Assembly: GCA_027459785.1 (NCBI GenBank)
Contig: DAIDGU010000057.1
Coordinates: forward strand, 34,150 to 98,149
Length of the DNA stretch: 64,000 nt
Direction: 5' to 3'
Source: Ktedonobacteria bacterium
GTDB taxonomy: Bacteria > Chloroflexota > Ktedonobacteria > Ktedonobacterales > JACDGC01
Part shown: in pieces, positions 1 to 9,685 of the stretch
Layout of the letters: each line of letters starts with the position of its first letter
Numbering within the stretch: the first letter of the stretch is position 1
Notes under the pieces: generated by a model
What the model saw: the letters and a program-made list of their open reading frames with translations, nothing else
Told to the model about the DNA's origin: nothing
Databases searched by the model: none
Position numbers and translations under genes: made by a program

Positions 1-676
1 GCGGCGACGCCATGAACTCGCCGACATTCGCCGCCGTGACGCTGCCACCGTAGAGGATGCGCAGCGCGTCGGCGACCGGCTGACCATACAGTTCGCTGAC
101 CAGCGCGCGGATGAGGGCGATCACGTCTTCGGCGTCCTGGCGGGTGGCAGCGCGGCCCGTGCCGATGGCCCACACCGGCTCATAGGCGACGACGACGCGC
201 CCGATCTGCTCGGCGGGCAGGCCGCCCAGGCTACCGCGCACCTGCGTGGTGATGACGCGCTCCGTCAGATTCGCCTCGCGGTCTGCCAGGTGTTCGCCGA
301 CGCAGACAATGGGCGTCAGATCAGCGTCCAGCGCCACGCGCGTCTTCGTGTTCACCGTCGCGTCCGTCTCGCCATAATAGTGGCGGCGCTCGGAATGGCC
401 GACGATCACCCAGCGGCACAGTTCGGCGATCATGCTGGCCGCGACCTCGCCGGTATACGCGCCGCCGAGTTGATCGCTGAGATTCTGTGCGCCCAGGCCG
501 ATATGCGTACCATAGAGGACGTTGTAGACCGTGGGGATGGCGATGAAGGGCGGGAACAGCACGACTTCGGCACCGGTGACGGCATTCAGCGGATCGCGCA
601 CGATGCCCGCGAATTGTTGTGCCTGGCGCGGGCCAAAGTTCATCTTCCAGTTGCCGGCGGCGATGGGGGTGCGCAT
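1..676 (-). CDS. tpiA: triosephosphate isomerase (C-terminal part runs off the window)
   Basis: Own minus-strand translation from ATG at 676: MRTPIAAGNWKMNFGP...IVGHSERR...AYEPVWAIGTG. Not in the ORF track because no stop lies in the window. Fits gap-pgk-tpi operon order. Confidence 0.9.
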   Translation of the reverse strand, partial: MRTPIAAGNWKMNFGPRQAQQFAGIVRDPLNAVTGAEVVLFPPFIAIPTVYNVLYGTHIGLGAQNLSDQLGGAYTGEVAASMIAELCRWVIVGHSERRHYYGETDATVNTKTRVALDADLTPIVCVGEHLADREANLTERVITTQVRGSLGGLPAEQIGRVVVAYEPVWAIGTGRAATRQDAEDVIALIRALVSELYGQPVADALRILYGGSVTAANVGEFMASP

Positions 677-681
677 GGTGG

Positions 682-1893
682 TCACGCTCCTTTGTCGCGG
701 AGGGCCGCGACGCCTGGGAGGATCTTGCCTTCGAGGAACTCCAGCGACGCGCCGCCGCCGGTGGAAACGTGCGTGACCTTATCCGCCGCGCCGGCCTTTT
801 CGACCGCCGCCGCGCTGTCGCCGCCACCGATGATCACCGTCGCGCCGGCCTGGGTGCGCTGGACGAGCGCCGCGATGACGGAATCCGTCCCTTTGGCGAA
901 GGCCGGCACCTCGGCGACGCCCATCGTGCCGTTGAAAACGACCGTCTGCGCGCCAGCCAGCACAGCGGCGAAGGCGCTGATCGTCTGGGGGCCAATATCC
1001 AGGATGCGCCAGCCATCCGGCACTTGATCGACCGGCACGACCTGGGTATGGACAATGGTCTGCGCATCTTTGGGAAAGGCATCAGCGATGACGGCGTCTA
1101 CCGGCAGCACGAAGCGCACGCCGCGCTGCTGCGCCAGATCCTTGATGCGCCGCGCCTCAGCCAACTTGCCGTCTTCCACCAGCGAATCGCCGACGCGCAG
1201 CCCTTCGGCCTTGAAGAACGTGTTCGCCATGCCCCCGCCGATGAGGATCGCATCGGCCAGGGTGATCAGCCGTTCCAGCACCGCGATCTTATCCGACACT
1301 TTCGCGCCGCCGACGATGGCGACGAGCGGACGCTGGGGCTGTTCGAGCGCCGATCCCAAGAAGTTAAGTTCCTTTTCCATCAGGAAGCCGCTATAAGCCG
1401 GCAGCAGATGCGCCACGCCCTCGGTGGAAGCGTGCGCGCGATGCGCCGTGCCGAAAGCATCATTCACATAGATGTCTCCCAGTTTGGCTAACTGCGCGGC
1501 GAACGCCGGATCATTCTTTTCCTCTTCGGGGTGGAAGCGCACGTTTTCCAGCAGCAACACCTGGCCGGGGCGCAGCGCGTGTGCCAGCCGCTCCACCTCA
1601 GTCCCCACGCAGTCCGGTGCCAGCGGCACAGGTTGGCCCAGCAACTCGCTCAGTCGCGCCGCCACGGGGCGCAACGACTCCTTGGGGTCCGGTCCCTTGG
1701 GTCGCCCCAGGTGCGACATCAGCACCAGCGCCGCGCCGTGGTCCAGTATGTAGCGAATGGTCGGCAGCGCCGCGCGTATACGCATATCATCGGTGATCCG
1801 CCCGTCGCCGTCCAGCGGGACGTTGAAGTCCGCGCGCATCAGCACGCGCTGGCCCGCCAGATCGACATCGCGGATCGTCGCTTTCTCCATCAT
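682..1893 (-). CDS. pgk: phosphoglycerate kinase
   Basis: ORF 682..1968. Likely start is [12 protein letters not shown] at 1893, preceded by a GAAAGG RBS. Typical PGK motifs are present ([13 protein letters not shown]). Confidence 0.95.
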   Translation of the reverse strand: MMEKATIRDVDLAGQRVLMRADFNVPLDGDGRITDDMRIRAALPTIRYILDHGAALVLMSHLGRPKGPDPKESLRPVAARLSELLGQPVPLAPDCVGTEVERLAHALRPGQVLLLENVRFHPEEEKNDPAFAAQLAKLGDIYVNDAFGTAHRAHASTEGVAHLLPAYSGFLMEKELNFLGSALEQPQRPLVAIVGGAKVSDKIAVLERLITLADAILIGGGMANTFFKAEGLRVGDSLVEDGKLAEARRIKDLAQQRGVRFVLPVDAVIADAFPKDAQTIVHTQVVPVDQVPDGWRILDIGPQTISAFAAVLAGAQTVVFNGTMGVAEVPAFAKGTDSVIAALVQRTQAGATVIIGGGDSAAAVEKAGAADKVTHVSTGGGASLEFLEGKILPGVAALRDKGA

Positions 1894-1927
1894 CCTCAGC
1901 CTTTCTTTGCTATGGGATGCATCAAAC

Positions 1928-2056
1928 GACGAATCACGGAGGCCACAGAAACTTTGCACGGAAGGCACGGAAAACAGTTGAGGTGGTTAGCAAGCATGAT
2001 CCTCTATCTTCCGTGGTATTCCGTGGACCTCCTCCGTGTTCTCCGTGATTCGTGTC
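1928..2056. repeat. CACGGA-rich long imperfect inverted repeat (family shared with 57953..58166)
   Basis: Left arm GACGAATCACGGAGGCCACAGAAA... pairs with right arm ...CCTCCGTGTTCTCCGTGATTCGTGTC. It fills the pgk-gap spacer and abuts the gap stop codon. Confidence 0.6.
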
Positions 2057-2057
2057 T

Positions 2058-3128
<1,071 letters not shown>

Positions 3129-3205
3129 TCACTCAGGTTGTGTACGTCGTTGTACATGAGAACAGCGATGCTCTCGGTGGCACAACTCGTAGCGTTGCGC
3201 CGGGC

Positions 3206-3234
3206 TTGACCATAGCTGACTGCTACAGTATATC
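3206..3234 (+). promoter_or_regulatory. candidate sigma70-type promoter
   Basis: TTGACC, a 17-nt spacer, then TATATC. Upstream of the GNAT gene. A degenerate copy of the 14-bp palindrome starts 3 nt downstream. Confidence 0.35.
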
Positions 3235-3236
3235 AG

Positions 3237-3250
3237 GTTCCACGTGGTGA
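3237..3250. repeat. degenerate copy of the GTTCCACGTGGAAC palindrome
   Basis: GTTCCACGTGGTGA; the first 11 nt match the consensus. Confidence 0.4.
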
Positions 3251-3449
3251 TGGACAATGCCGGAATCGGACGGCGCGGGCCGAAATATCCGGCGATTCCG
3301 GGCGCGGCGGTGAGCCGTGGCTGGTGGGCATGCAACGATATCCTCGGCAACAGGAGGGCGAGGACAAGTGTGAGCGAGCAAACACACGCGCGCGACACCC
3401 TGATCCTATAATAAGATCACTGTGCAGCAACGGCAGCGCGGCGGACGCG

Positions 3450-4262
3450 ATGAATGACAGCGAAGGGGAAAAGGCAGTGAATCTGACGGCGTTGACCGAA
3501 GCGGTGCTGACCCAACGACGTGAGCGCATGAACGATTCCGGCCCGTCGCTGCGCGGTATCGGGACGGCGCATTTTCAGATCAACGGTGGCACGCTCATTG
3601 TGGGTAGCGCGCAACCACGCGCGAACAAGGCGGAAGAGCTGGTCGAGCGCGTCAACCGCTTCGCGCGGGAACGCTGGCTGGCCGTGCAATGGACCTTCAC
3701 CCACGGGCGCGACGACCTGCAACTTGAGGCCGCGCTCATCCAGCACCAATACTTCGCCCGCGAGACGCTGCGGCTGATGGGCCGCCTCGGCGCACTCATT
3801 GAGGCCGGCCAGCCCGCGCCGGAGATCACCGTCGCGCCCGTCGCCACGTTGCAAGAGATGCAGACCTATGAGCGCATCAGCAGTTGGAGCTTCAACCATC
3901 AGCAGAATCCCACGCTGGACCACGTGTTGGGACGCGGGCGCGAACGCTGGGACGAGCAGCAGGCGCGTTGGTATCAATATTATCTGGGTCGCTGGCGCGG
4001 CGATCCGGTGAGCGGCGCATACGTTTCGCTGTGGGAGCGCGTGCCGACAATCTATGGTGTCGCTACCATCCCCACCGCCCGCCAACACGGCGTCGCCGGC
4101 CATGTGCTGCGCTATCTGGTGCGCGAGACGCTGGCGCTGGGCTTCGCCTGGTCGTGCCTATACGTCGCCCTCGGCAACCCAGCAGAACGCCTTTACCAAA
4201 GCTTGGGCTTCACCGCCCTCCTCGACCAAACGACCTATCAGTGGGGCGATCCGCGCTGGTAA
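3450..4262 (+). CDS. GNAT-family N-acetyltransferase (start uncertain)
   Basis: The C-terminal region ...ARQHGVAGHVLRYLVRETLALGF...NPAERLYQSLGF resembles the GNAT acetyl-CoA binding motif. ORF 3324..4262; internal ATG at 3450. Confidence 0.65.
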   Translation: MNDSEGEKAVNLTALTEAVLTQRRERMNDSGPSLRGIGTAHFQINGGTLIVGSAQPRANKAEELVERVNRFARERWLAVQWTFTHGRDDLQLEAALIQHQYFARETLRLMGRLGALIEAGQPAPEITVAPVATLQEMQTYERISSWSFNHQQNPTLDHVLGRGRERWDEQQARWYQYYLGRWRGDPVSGAYVSLWERVPTIYGVATIPTARQHGVAGHVLRYLVRETLALGFAWSCLYVALGNPAERLYQSLGFTALLDQTTYQWGDPRW

Positions 4263-4321
4263 GACTTATGCGGGGAACTGGTTATGCCACTGCCAGAATG
4301 GCAACAGAAAGAGGGATCGCC

Positions 4322-4729
4322 ATGTCAACCGTCTCACAACCACTGGACATCAGCGTCACACTGCCGCTCGCCTTCGATGCCGCGCTTCAGCGCGTTACCA
4401 CCGCCTTGCAAGCGGAAGGATTCGGCGTCTTAACCACAATCGACGTGCAAGCCACCCTCAAAGCCAAGCTGAACGAAGACGTTGCCCCTTACACGATTCT
4501 GGGTGCCTGCAATCCCAAGTTGGCGCACGAAGCCTTGCTTATCGATCCCCAGGTAGGATTGCTCTTGCCCTGCAATGTCGTCGTCCAGGCCACCGCCGAC
4601 GGTACCCGCGTTGCCGCCATCGATCCCGTGGTGATGTTAGGTGCCGCCCAACAGCCGGCACTCGCAGCGATTGCCCGTGAAGCCCAAGCGCGCATGCAGC
4701 GGGTCATCGCCGCGCTGCGGACCGCCTGA
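4322..4729 (+). CDS. DUF302 domain protein
   Basis: MSTVSQPLDISVTLP...GFGVLTTIDVQATLKAKL...LLPCNVVV, a DUF302-like pattern. RBS AGAGGG upstream. It is the 3' part of track ORF 3884..4729. Confidence 0.7.
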   Translation: MSTVSQPLDISVTLPLAFDAALQRVTTALQAEGFGVLTTIDVQATLKAKLNEDVAPYTILGACNPKLAHEALLIDPQVGLLLPCNVVVQATADGTRVAAIDPVVMLGAAQQPALAAIAREAQARMQRVIAALRTA

Positions 4730-4732
4730 TGT

Positions 4733-5251
4733 TCATTCGACCGCCGTCACGCGCTCGATGCCGGGAATGACATCCAGCGTCACTTGCTGGCCGGCATGGC
4801 AAACCTGCTCGTGCAGGGCGGCGTCGATGGCGAAGGGGCGCAGCGTCCCATTCGGCAGCCGCAAGGTGATGAAGTGGTAGGGATCGCGCGCGACCGGCAC
4901 GATTTCCTGGGGATTGCAGATCGCGGCGTCGATGCGCCCGGACACGCGCTCCGGCGGCTGGTGCGTCGCTTTGAGATACGCGGGCAGGTACGACCACACC
5001 ACGCTCACAAAGAACATAAAAGTCAGCAGAAACACTAAGCCCAGGAAAAAAGCCGTCGAACCCTGGCCGTGCAGCGCGCCTTGCGGCCCATTCAGCAGCG
5101 CGTCGAGGGCGGCAACCACCAGCGCGGTGATGCCGAACATGCTCCCCAGGCGCAAACGCTGCACGGTATAGTCCAGCGGGCGACCCCAGCCCCGAATATT
5201 GCGTCGCACGAGACTACTGATGATCCGGCGGCGCATTGAGTCAGCATACAT
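4733..5251 (-). CDS. hypothetical membrane protein
   Basis: 172-aa ORF with two hydrophobic segments (FGITALVVAALDALL; FFLGLVFLLTFMFFVSVVW). No family recognised. Confidence 0.5.
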   Translation of the reverse strand: MYADSMRRRIISSLVRRNIRGWGRPLDYTVQRLRLGSMFGITALVVAALDALLNGPQGALHGQGSTAFFLGLVFLLTFMFFVSVVWSYLPAYLKATHQPPERVSGRIDAAICNPQEIVPVARDPYHFITLRLPNGTLRPFAIDAALHEQVCHAGQQVTLDVIPGIERVTAVE

Positions 5252-5266
5252 ACAGCATCATCCCCT

Positions 5267-5284
5267 ATGTTCCACGTGGAACAT
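5267..5284. repeat. palindrome copy 1 (ATGTTCCACGTGGAACAT, 18-bp perfect)
   Basis: Exact palindrome between the stop of 5284..6249 and the start (5251) of the downstream minus-strand gene. Confidence 0.95.
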
Positions 5285-6249
5285 TATTGTTGTGCCATCT
5301 GTTCCGCTGATGTGGCCCGCACAGCGGCATACAGATCGTGCGCGGCATGCGCCTCGGCCTCGCGCAACGGCAAGAGCGGCGGACGCGGCTCGCCGCCATA
5401 GCCACGGACCTCGCGCAATGCCGCCTTCAGTCCCGCAACCCCATACGTTGCCGTCACGAACTGGTTCAGCGGAATGATCTGTGCTTGCAGCCGTTGCGCC
5501 GCCACCTCGTGTGCCTGGGCCGCGGCCACTGTCGCCGCGCTGAAACGCCGTTGCCATAGATCATACACGCCGCACGTGAGATCGGGTATGACATTCGCCA
5601 CAGCCGCGATCGCGCCCGTCCCCCCGACGCTGAGCGCCGGCACCAGAAAGCTCCCGCTGCCGGCCAGCACAGCGAAGCCGGGCGGCGTCTCCGCCGCGAT
5701 GCGCGCCATTTTCGCCACCTGGCCACTGCTATCCTTCACGCCGATGATATTGGGGTGCCGCGCCAATTCGATGATCAGTTCCGCGCTCAGATCCAGGTTC
5801 GCGGCGTTGGCCGGCATGTTGTAGATCAGCAGCGGCAGCGGACTGGCGTCGGCAACAGCCAGGAAGTGGGTGCGGAGCGCCGCCGGTGACATCTGCGTGG
5901 GAAACGCGAAGGGCGGCAGCACCACAGCGGCATCCGCGCCCGCCTCGGCGGCGGCCCGACAGCGCGCGATGGTTCCCCGCGTGGCGAAATCCGCCGTCCC
6001 CGCCAGCAACACGCGCCGCGCCGGACCCTGGTTTGTGCCGATAGCTTCCCGCACGGTGCGGATGACGGCCACGCGCTCCACATCGTTCAGATGCATGGCC
6101 TCGCCATTCGACCCCAGCGCCAAAATGCCGGCCAGCGGAAACTCCAACAGCCAGGTAACATGGCGCGTCAGTGTCGGCAGATCCACTTCACCCTGGTCAT
6201 CGAAAAACGTCGGGATGGGGGGAAAGATGCCCCCCGGCAGCGATGTCAT
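5284..6249 (-). CDS. dihydrodipicolinate synthase/N-acetylneuraminate lyase family aldolase
   Basis: LGSNGEAMHL and IIGVKDSSG (Schiff-base Lys context) are typical of the DapA family. Confidence 0.85.
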   Translation of the reverse strand: MTSLPGGIFPPIPTFFDDQGEVDLPTLTRHVTWLLEFPLAGILALGSNGEAMHLNDVERVAVIRTVREAIGTNQGPARRVLLAGTADFATRGTIARCRAAAEAGADAAVVLPPFAFPTQMSPAALRTHFLAVADASPLPLLIYNMPANAANLDLSAELIIELARHPNIIGVKDSSGQVAKMARIAAETPPGFAVLAGSGSFLVPALSVGGTGAIAAVANVIPDLTCGVYDLWQRRFSAATVAAAQAHEVAAQRLQAQIIPLNQFVTATYGVAGLKAALREVRGYGGEPRPPLLPLREAEAHAAHDLYAAVRATSAEQMAQQ

Positions 6250-6267
6250 CAGCGATTATCCTTTCTT

Positions 6268-6394
6268 GGCCCCACCCCCAACCCCTCCCCATCTGCGGAT
6301 GGAGAGGGGAGGACGAGATGGCCCCACCCCCAGCCCCTCCCCATCGGCGGATGGAGAGGGGAGCGCAGACGTGGGGCGGACATTCCTGTCCGCC
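6268..6394. repeat. tandem pair of CCCCTCCCC...GGAGAGGGG REP-like hairpin units plus a GGCGGACATTCCTGTCCGCC hairpin
   Basis: Two ~52-bp units: GGCCCCACCCCCA(A/G)CCCCTCCCCATC(T/G)GCGGATGGAGAGGGGAG. They are followed by an 8-bp-stem, 4-nt-loop hairpin at 6375..6394. Confidence 0.75.
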
Positions 6395-6416
6395 GCCTTC
6401 TGCGCGCTACGACCAT

Positions 6417-7454
6417 TTACGCATGATTAGCGGCGCGACGGAGCGCGCGGATGCGCCGGCGCAACCGGCGCGCGTCCGCCGGCGCGAGCGCCTGGCGCTG
6501 GTCCAGCGCGGCATAGATGCGTGCCAGTCCATCGGCGGCCTCTGCCATGGCAGCGGACCGCTCCGGCGCTGGTTTTTGCAGGCCGTGCGCGGCGATCTCG
6601 TCTCCGATCAGATCATGCCGGAGCGCATCCAGATCGGCGATGCGCGTCAGGTCGGTATGCGCGAGATCGGCCTGCGCCCAGCGTGCGCCAGCCAGATAGG
6701 CACCCGCCAGTTGGGCATCCGCGAGGCGTGCGCCACGCAGGTCCGCGCCTTCCAGGTGGGCGGCATAGAGCGCGGCACCGTCGAGCCAGGCTCCGCGTAG
6801 GCTGGCCTGCCGCAGATCGGCGCTATCGCATTGCGCGCGTTCCAGATGCGCGCCGCGCAGATCGGCCCCGGCCAGGTGCGCCGCGCGCAGATCGGCATCT
6901 TCCAGCCGCGCCCAGGTGAGGCGCGTGCCAACCAATGACGCTTCATGCAGGTCGGCATGTTCCATTTGCGCCGAGGTGAGGTCGGCACCATCAAGCCGCG
7001 CGCCGGTGAGATCAGCTTGCGGCAGCCAACACTGCCCCAGGTTCACCTGATCGAGGTGCGCCCCATTCAGCCGCGCCCCGCGCATACGCGCCATCGCCAG
7101 GTGCGCGCCCGCCGCCTGAACCTCACGCAAATCGGCATCCGTGAAGTGGGCATAGAACAAATCGGCACCATGCAAGTCGGCACCGTACAGCACCGCGCCC
7201 TCGAAGCGCGCGAACCGCATCTGCTGGCCGGCGAGGTCGATATGCGCCAGGTTCGCCCGTTGCAGATCCACGCGCGGGCCGGGAGCGTCGCCCGTCGCCC
7301 AGCCATGCTCCTGCACCAGCCAGGCGACATCGTCGGCAGCCAGCCGCGTCCAGGCATACGGCGGGCGTTCCGCCGCCTCGTTCGCCGCGCGAGCGGCGCG
7401 CAATTCCTGCTGGCGCTCCAAGGAAAGGGTGGTGGGCGGGGCGTCGGCGTTCAT
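6417..7454 (-). CDS. pentapeptide-repeat protein
   Basis: Long run of A(D/N)LxG/A pentapeptides (ADLRGAHLERAQCDSADLRQASLRGAWLDGA...). Confidence 0.85.
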   Translation of the reverse strand: MNADAPPTTLSLERQQELRAARAANEAAERPPYAWTRLAADDVAWLVQEHGWATGDAPGPRVDLQRANLAHIDLAGQQMRFARFEGAVLYGADLHGADLFYAHFTDADLREVQAAGAHLAMARMRGARLNGAHLDQVNLGQCWLPQADLTGARLDGADLTSAQMEHADLHEASLVGTRLTWARLEDADLRAAHLAGADLRGAHLERAQCDSADLRQASLRGAWLDGAALYAAHLEGADLRGARLADAQLAGAYLAGARWAQADLAHTDLTRIADLDALRHDLIGDEIAAHGLQKPAPERSAAMAEAADGLARIYAALDQRQALAPADARRLRRRIRALRRAANHA

Positions 7455-7658
7455 GATATTTCCTTCAGGTGCAGTTGCACACGCTCTCTATCCTAGCGTA
7501 TGTCTGCCCTGTTGGCAAGATGTCCCCTGCCCACCTCCGTTGCCCCGCGATCACGCTCATCACCAACAATACATAGCCCAATGGTCCCCCATATTGTGAG
7601 CAGCTTCGCGCGATTGAGCGGTTGTTCCATTGACTGTAGTAAGCAAACATAGTAGCGC

Positions 7659-7696
7659 AAAAATCCTAGGCCCAGAGCGGCCTCGCAGGGATTTTT
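7659..7696. terminator. terminator-like hairpin flanked by A5 and T5 (bidirectional shape)
   Basis: AAAAATCC...GGCC-N6-GGCC...GGATTTTT. It lies inside a 395-bp lower-GC divergent intergenic region with no convergent genes to terminate. Confidence 0.35.
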
Positions 7697-7849
7697 GTGC
7701 TTGATTTGTAGCTTTTTTAGGCGTAGCCTGGGTTTGTGAGAAGCATGCATGACGAGCATAGGCGTATGCTATACTCGCAATAGAAAAGGGACAACGGAGA
7801 TCCCCTCTAGCGCCTCGTGCGCTAACCAGTTCACACCAAGGAGACTGAC

Positions 7850-8143
7850 ATGGCTTCTGTGACCAAGAACGACCTGATCAAGCGCGTCGTTGCCAAAACA
7901 GGCAAGACGAACAAAGACGTGACCGAGATCATGACCTCCACGCTCGACGCCATCCGTGAGTGCCTGGAAGCCGGTGAAGAGGTCCGCCTGATCAACTTCG
8001 GTGTCTTTTCCGTGAAAAAGAGCGCCGCCCGTCCCGGCGTCAATCCCAAAACGCGCGAGAAGATGGAAGTGCCAGAGAAAATGCGCGTGAAGTTTGCCCC
8101 TGGCAAAGAACTGAACGATGCCGTGGCGAACGTCGAAGGCTGA
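7850..8143 (+). CDS. hup: HU/IHF-family DNA-binding protein
   Basis: MASVTKNDLIKRVVAKTGKTNKDV...FGVFSVKKSAARPGVNPKTREKMEVPEKMRVKFAPGKEL. AAGGAG RBS upstream. Confidence 0.9.
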   Translation: MASVTKNDLIKRVVAKTGKTNKDVTEIMTSTLDAIRECLEAGEEVRLINFGVFSVKKSAARPGVNPKTREKMEVPEKMRVKFAPGKELNDAVANVEG

Positions 8144-8210
8144 TGCTACCATCCAATTCAGCGTTGCGGCCCGTCTCACACCTGGCGTGCGGGGCGGGCT
8201 GTATGTCAAC

Positions 8211-8606
8211 TCAATCGTGATTGCCCAGGTGCTTGCGCACGACATGCAGCAGGATCGTCAAGTTCACCGGCTTGCGCAGCAACACGCCCTCTTCGATGCC
8301 GCTGTCGTGCAGTTCATAGGCCGTCGCGCCGGAAATGAAGATGACGGGCAGGTGCATCGTCTCCGCTTTTTCACGCAAACGATGAAAGATGGCGCTGCCA
8401 TCCGTGCCAGGCATCCGCAGATCTAGCAGCACGAGATCCGGCGGGAAGGCTTCGATGGTTTGTAGGGCGATGGTCCCATCCGTGATGATGCGCACGCGCC
8501 ATGAAGGTTCGCCTTCTAACTCAAGGGCTTCGCGGATCATCACCGCTGAAGGCAGATCGTCCTCGATGATATAAATGACCTTGGTGGCAGTTCTGGTACC
8601 GATCAT
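8211..8606 (-). CDS. single-domain response regulator (CheY-like receiver)
   Basis: IYIIEDD...DLVLLDLRMPGTDG...VIFISG...LRKP. The start at MIGTR (8606) follows a GAGGAGGG RBS. Confidence 0.8.
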   Translation of the reverse strand: MIGTRTATKVIYIIEDDLPSAVMIREALELEGEPSWRVRIITDGTIALQTIEAFPPDLVLLDLRMPGTDGSAIFHRLREKAETMHLPVIFISGATAYELHDSGIEEGVLLRKPVNLTILLHVVRKHLGNHD

Positions 8607-8808
8607 AGGGAAGACCCTCCTCGGCATTACCCGGCGCGGGAGGTTGCTCCTGTGGAGCTTGTGCTATCCCTTATTGTAGCAGACCCACTTCGGCCTATTT
8701 CGTCTCTCTAGGTTGTTGCCAGCCATGCGCAGCGGTCATTTTCCTCGTAATTTCTTTCGTCAGCAAGATGCCGAGAAGGCTAGCCATTAAGTACCAATAC
8801 AAGATAGT

Positions 8809-8822
8809 GTTCCACGTGGAAC
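8809..8822. repeat. palindrome copy 2 (GTTCCACGTGGAAC)
   Basis: Exact 14-mer, intergenic. Confidence 0.95.
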
Positions 8823-8852
8823 GTCCCATACACCTTGTATGCGAGCAGGATA

Positions 8853-8936
8853 GGTAACGGAGAACAGACCTTCCCCATAACCCCGGAGGACAGACATTCT
8901 TGTCTGTCTGGCCCCGATGGCCACCGTCTGTCCCCC
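8853..8936. repeat. GGAGGACAGACATTCNTGTCTGTC-type element (single copy of the family arrayed at 61829..62008)
   Basis: GGTAACGGAGAACAGACCTTCCCCATAACCCCGGAGGACAGACATTCTTGTCTGTCTGGCCCCGATGGCCACCGTCTGTCCCC. It is collinear with the ends of the 61.8-kb array. Confidence 0.75.
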
Positions 8937-8950
8937 CATTCAATATTAGC

Positions 8951-9685
8951 TCAATCGTTGGAGAAGATCTCCAGATTCGAGCCGTGGAAGAAGCGTCCGG
9001 CATCACTGACCAGGAAGGCGACGATCGCGGCCATATCGTCCGGCGTCATGCCGGGGCGCAGGTGCGGTGCGGCGGCGCGTAGCATCGGGGTAGCGACCGC
9101 GCCGGGGCTGACGGCCAGCACGCGGATGCCCAGTGGTTTGCCTTCCACCGCCAGCGCCTCCGTCAAACCAGCCACGCCGAACTTCGAGGCGACATACGCG
9201 CTCAGGCCGGGGAACTTCTCCACGTTCTTCACGCCGGAAAGCGACGAGAAATTGATGATCGTGCCGCCACCATGCGCGGCCATCTGGCGAAACGCCACCT
9301 GGCAACACAGCATCAGCCCACGCAGATTCGTGTTCAGCACGCGATCCCATTCTGCCAGCGGCAGGTCGATGAAAGGGACGTTGACGACGAGGCCGGCAGC
9401 GTTAATCAGGATGGCGCATGGGCCATACGTCGCCGCAACCTGATCGAACACACCCTGCACCTGGGCGGGATCGCTGATATCCGCCGGCAGCGCCAGAGCG
9501 TCGCCACCCGCCGCGTGGATCGCGCCCGCCTCGCGCGCCAGCAGATCTGCCGAGCGCGCCACCAGCGCGACCCGCGCGCCCGCCCCCGCCAGCCGTCGTG
9601 CCACCGCCGCGCCGATGCCCTGGCTCGCGCCCGTCACGATGGCGACACGCCCCACAAGCGCGTGATCTTCTGCTGCCTGGCTCAT
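8951..9685 (-). CDS. short-chain dehydrogenase/reductase (SDR)
   Basis: TGASQGIG cofactor motif and YVASK catalytic YxxxK. ATGA start/stop overlap with the upstream aminotransferase. Confidence 0.85.
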   Translation of the reverse strand: MSQAAEDHALVGRVAIVTGASQGIGAAVARRLAGAGARVALVARSADLLAREAGAIHAAGGDALALPADISDPAQVQGVFDQVAATYGPCAILINAAGLVVNVPFIDLPLAEWDRVLNTNLRGLMLCCQVAFRQMAAHGGGTIINFSSLSGVKNVEKFPGLSAYVASKFGVAGLTEALAVEGKPLGIRVLAVSPGAVATPMLRAAAPHLRPGMTPDDMAAIVAFLVSDAGRFFHGSNLEIFSND

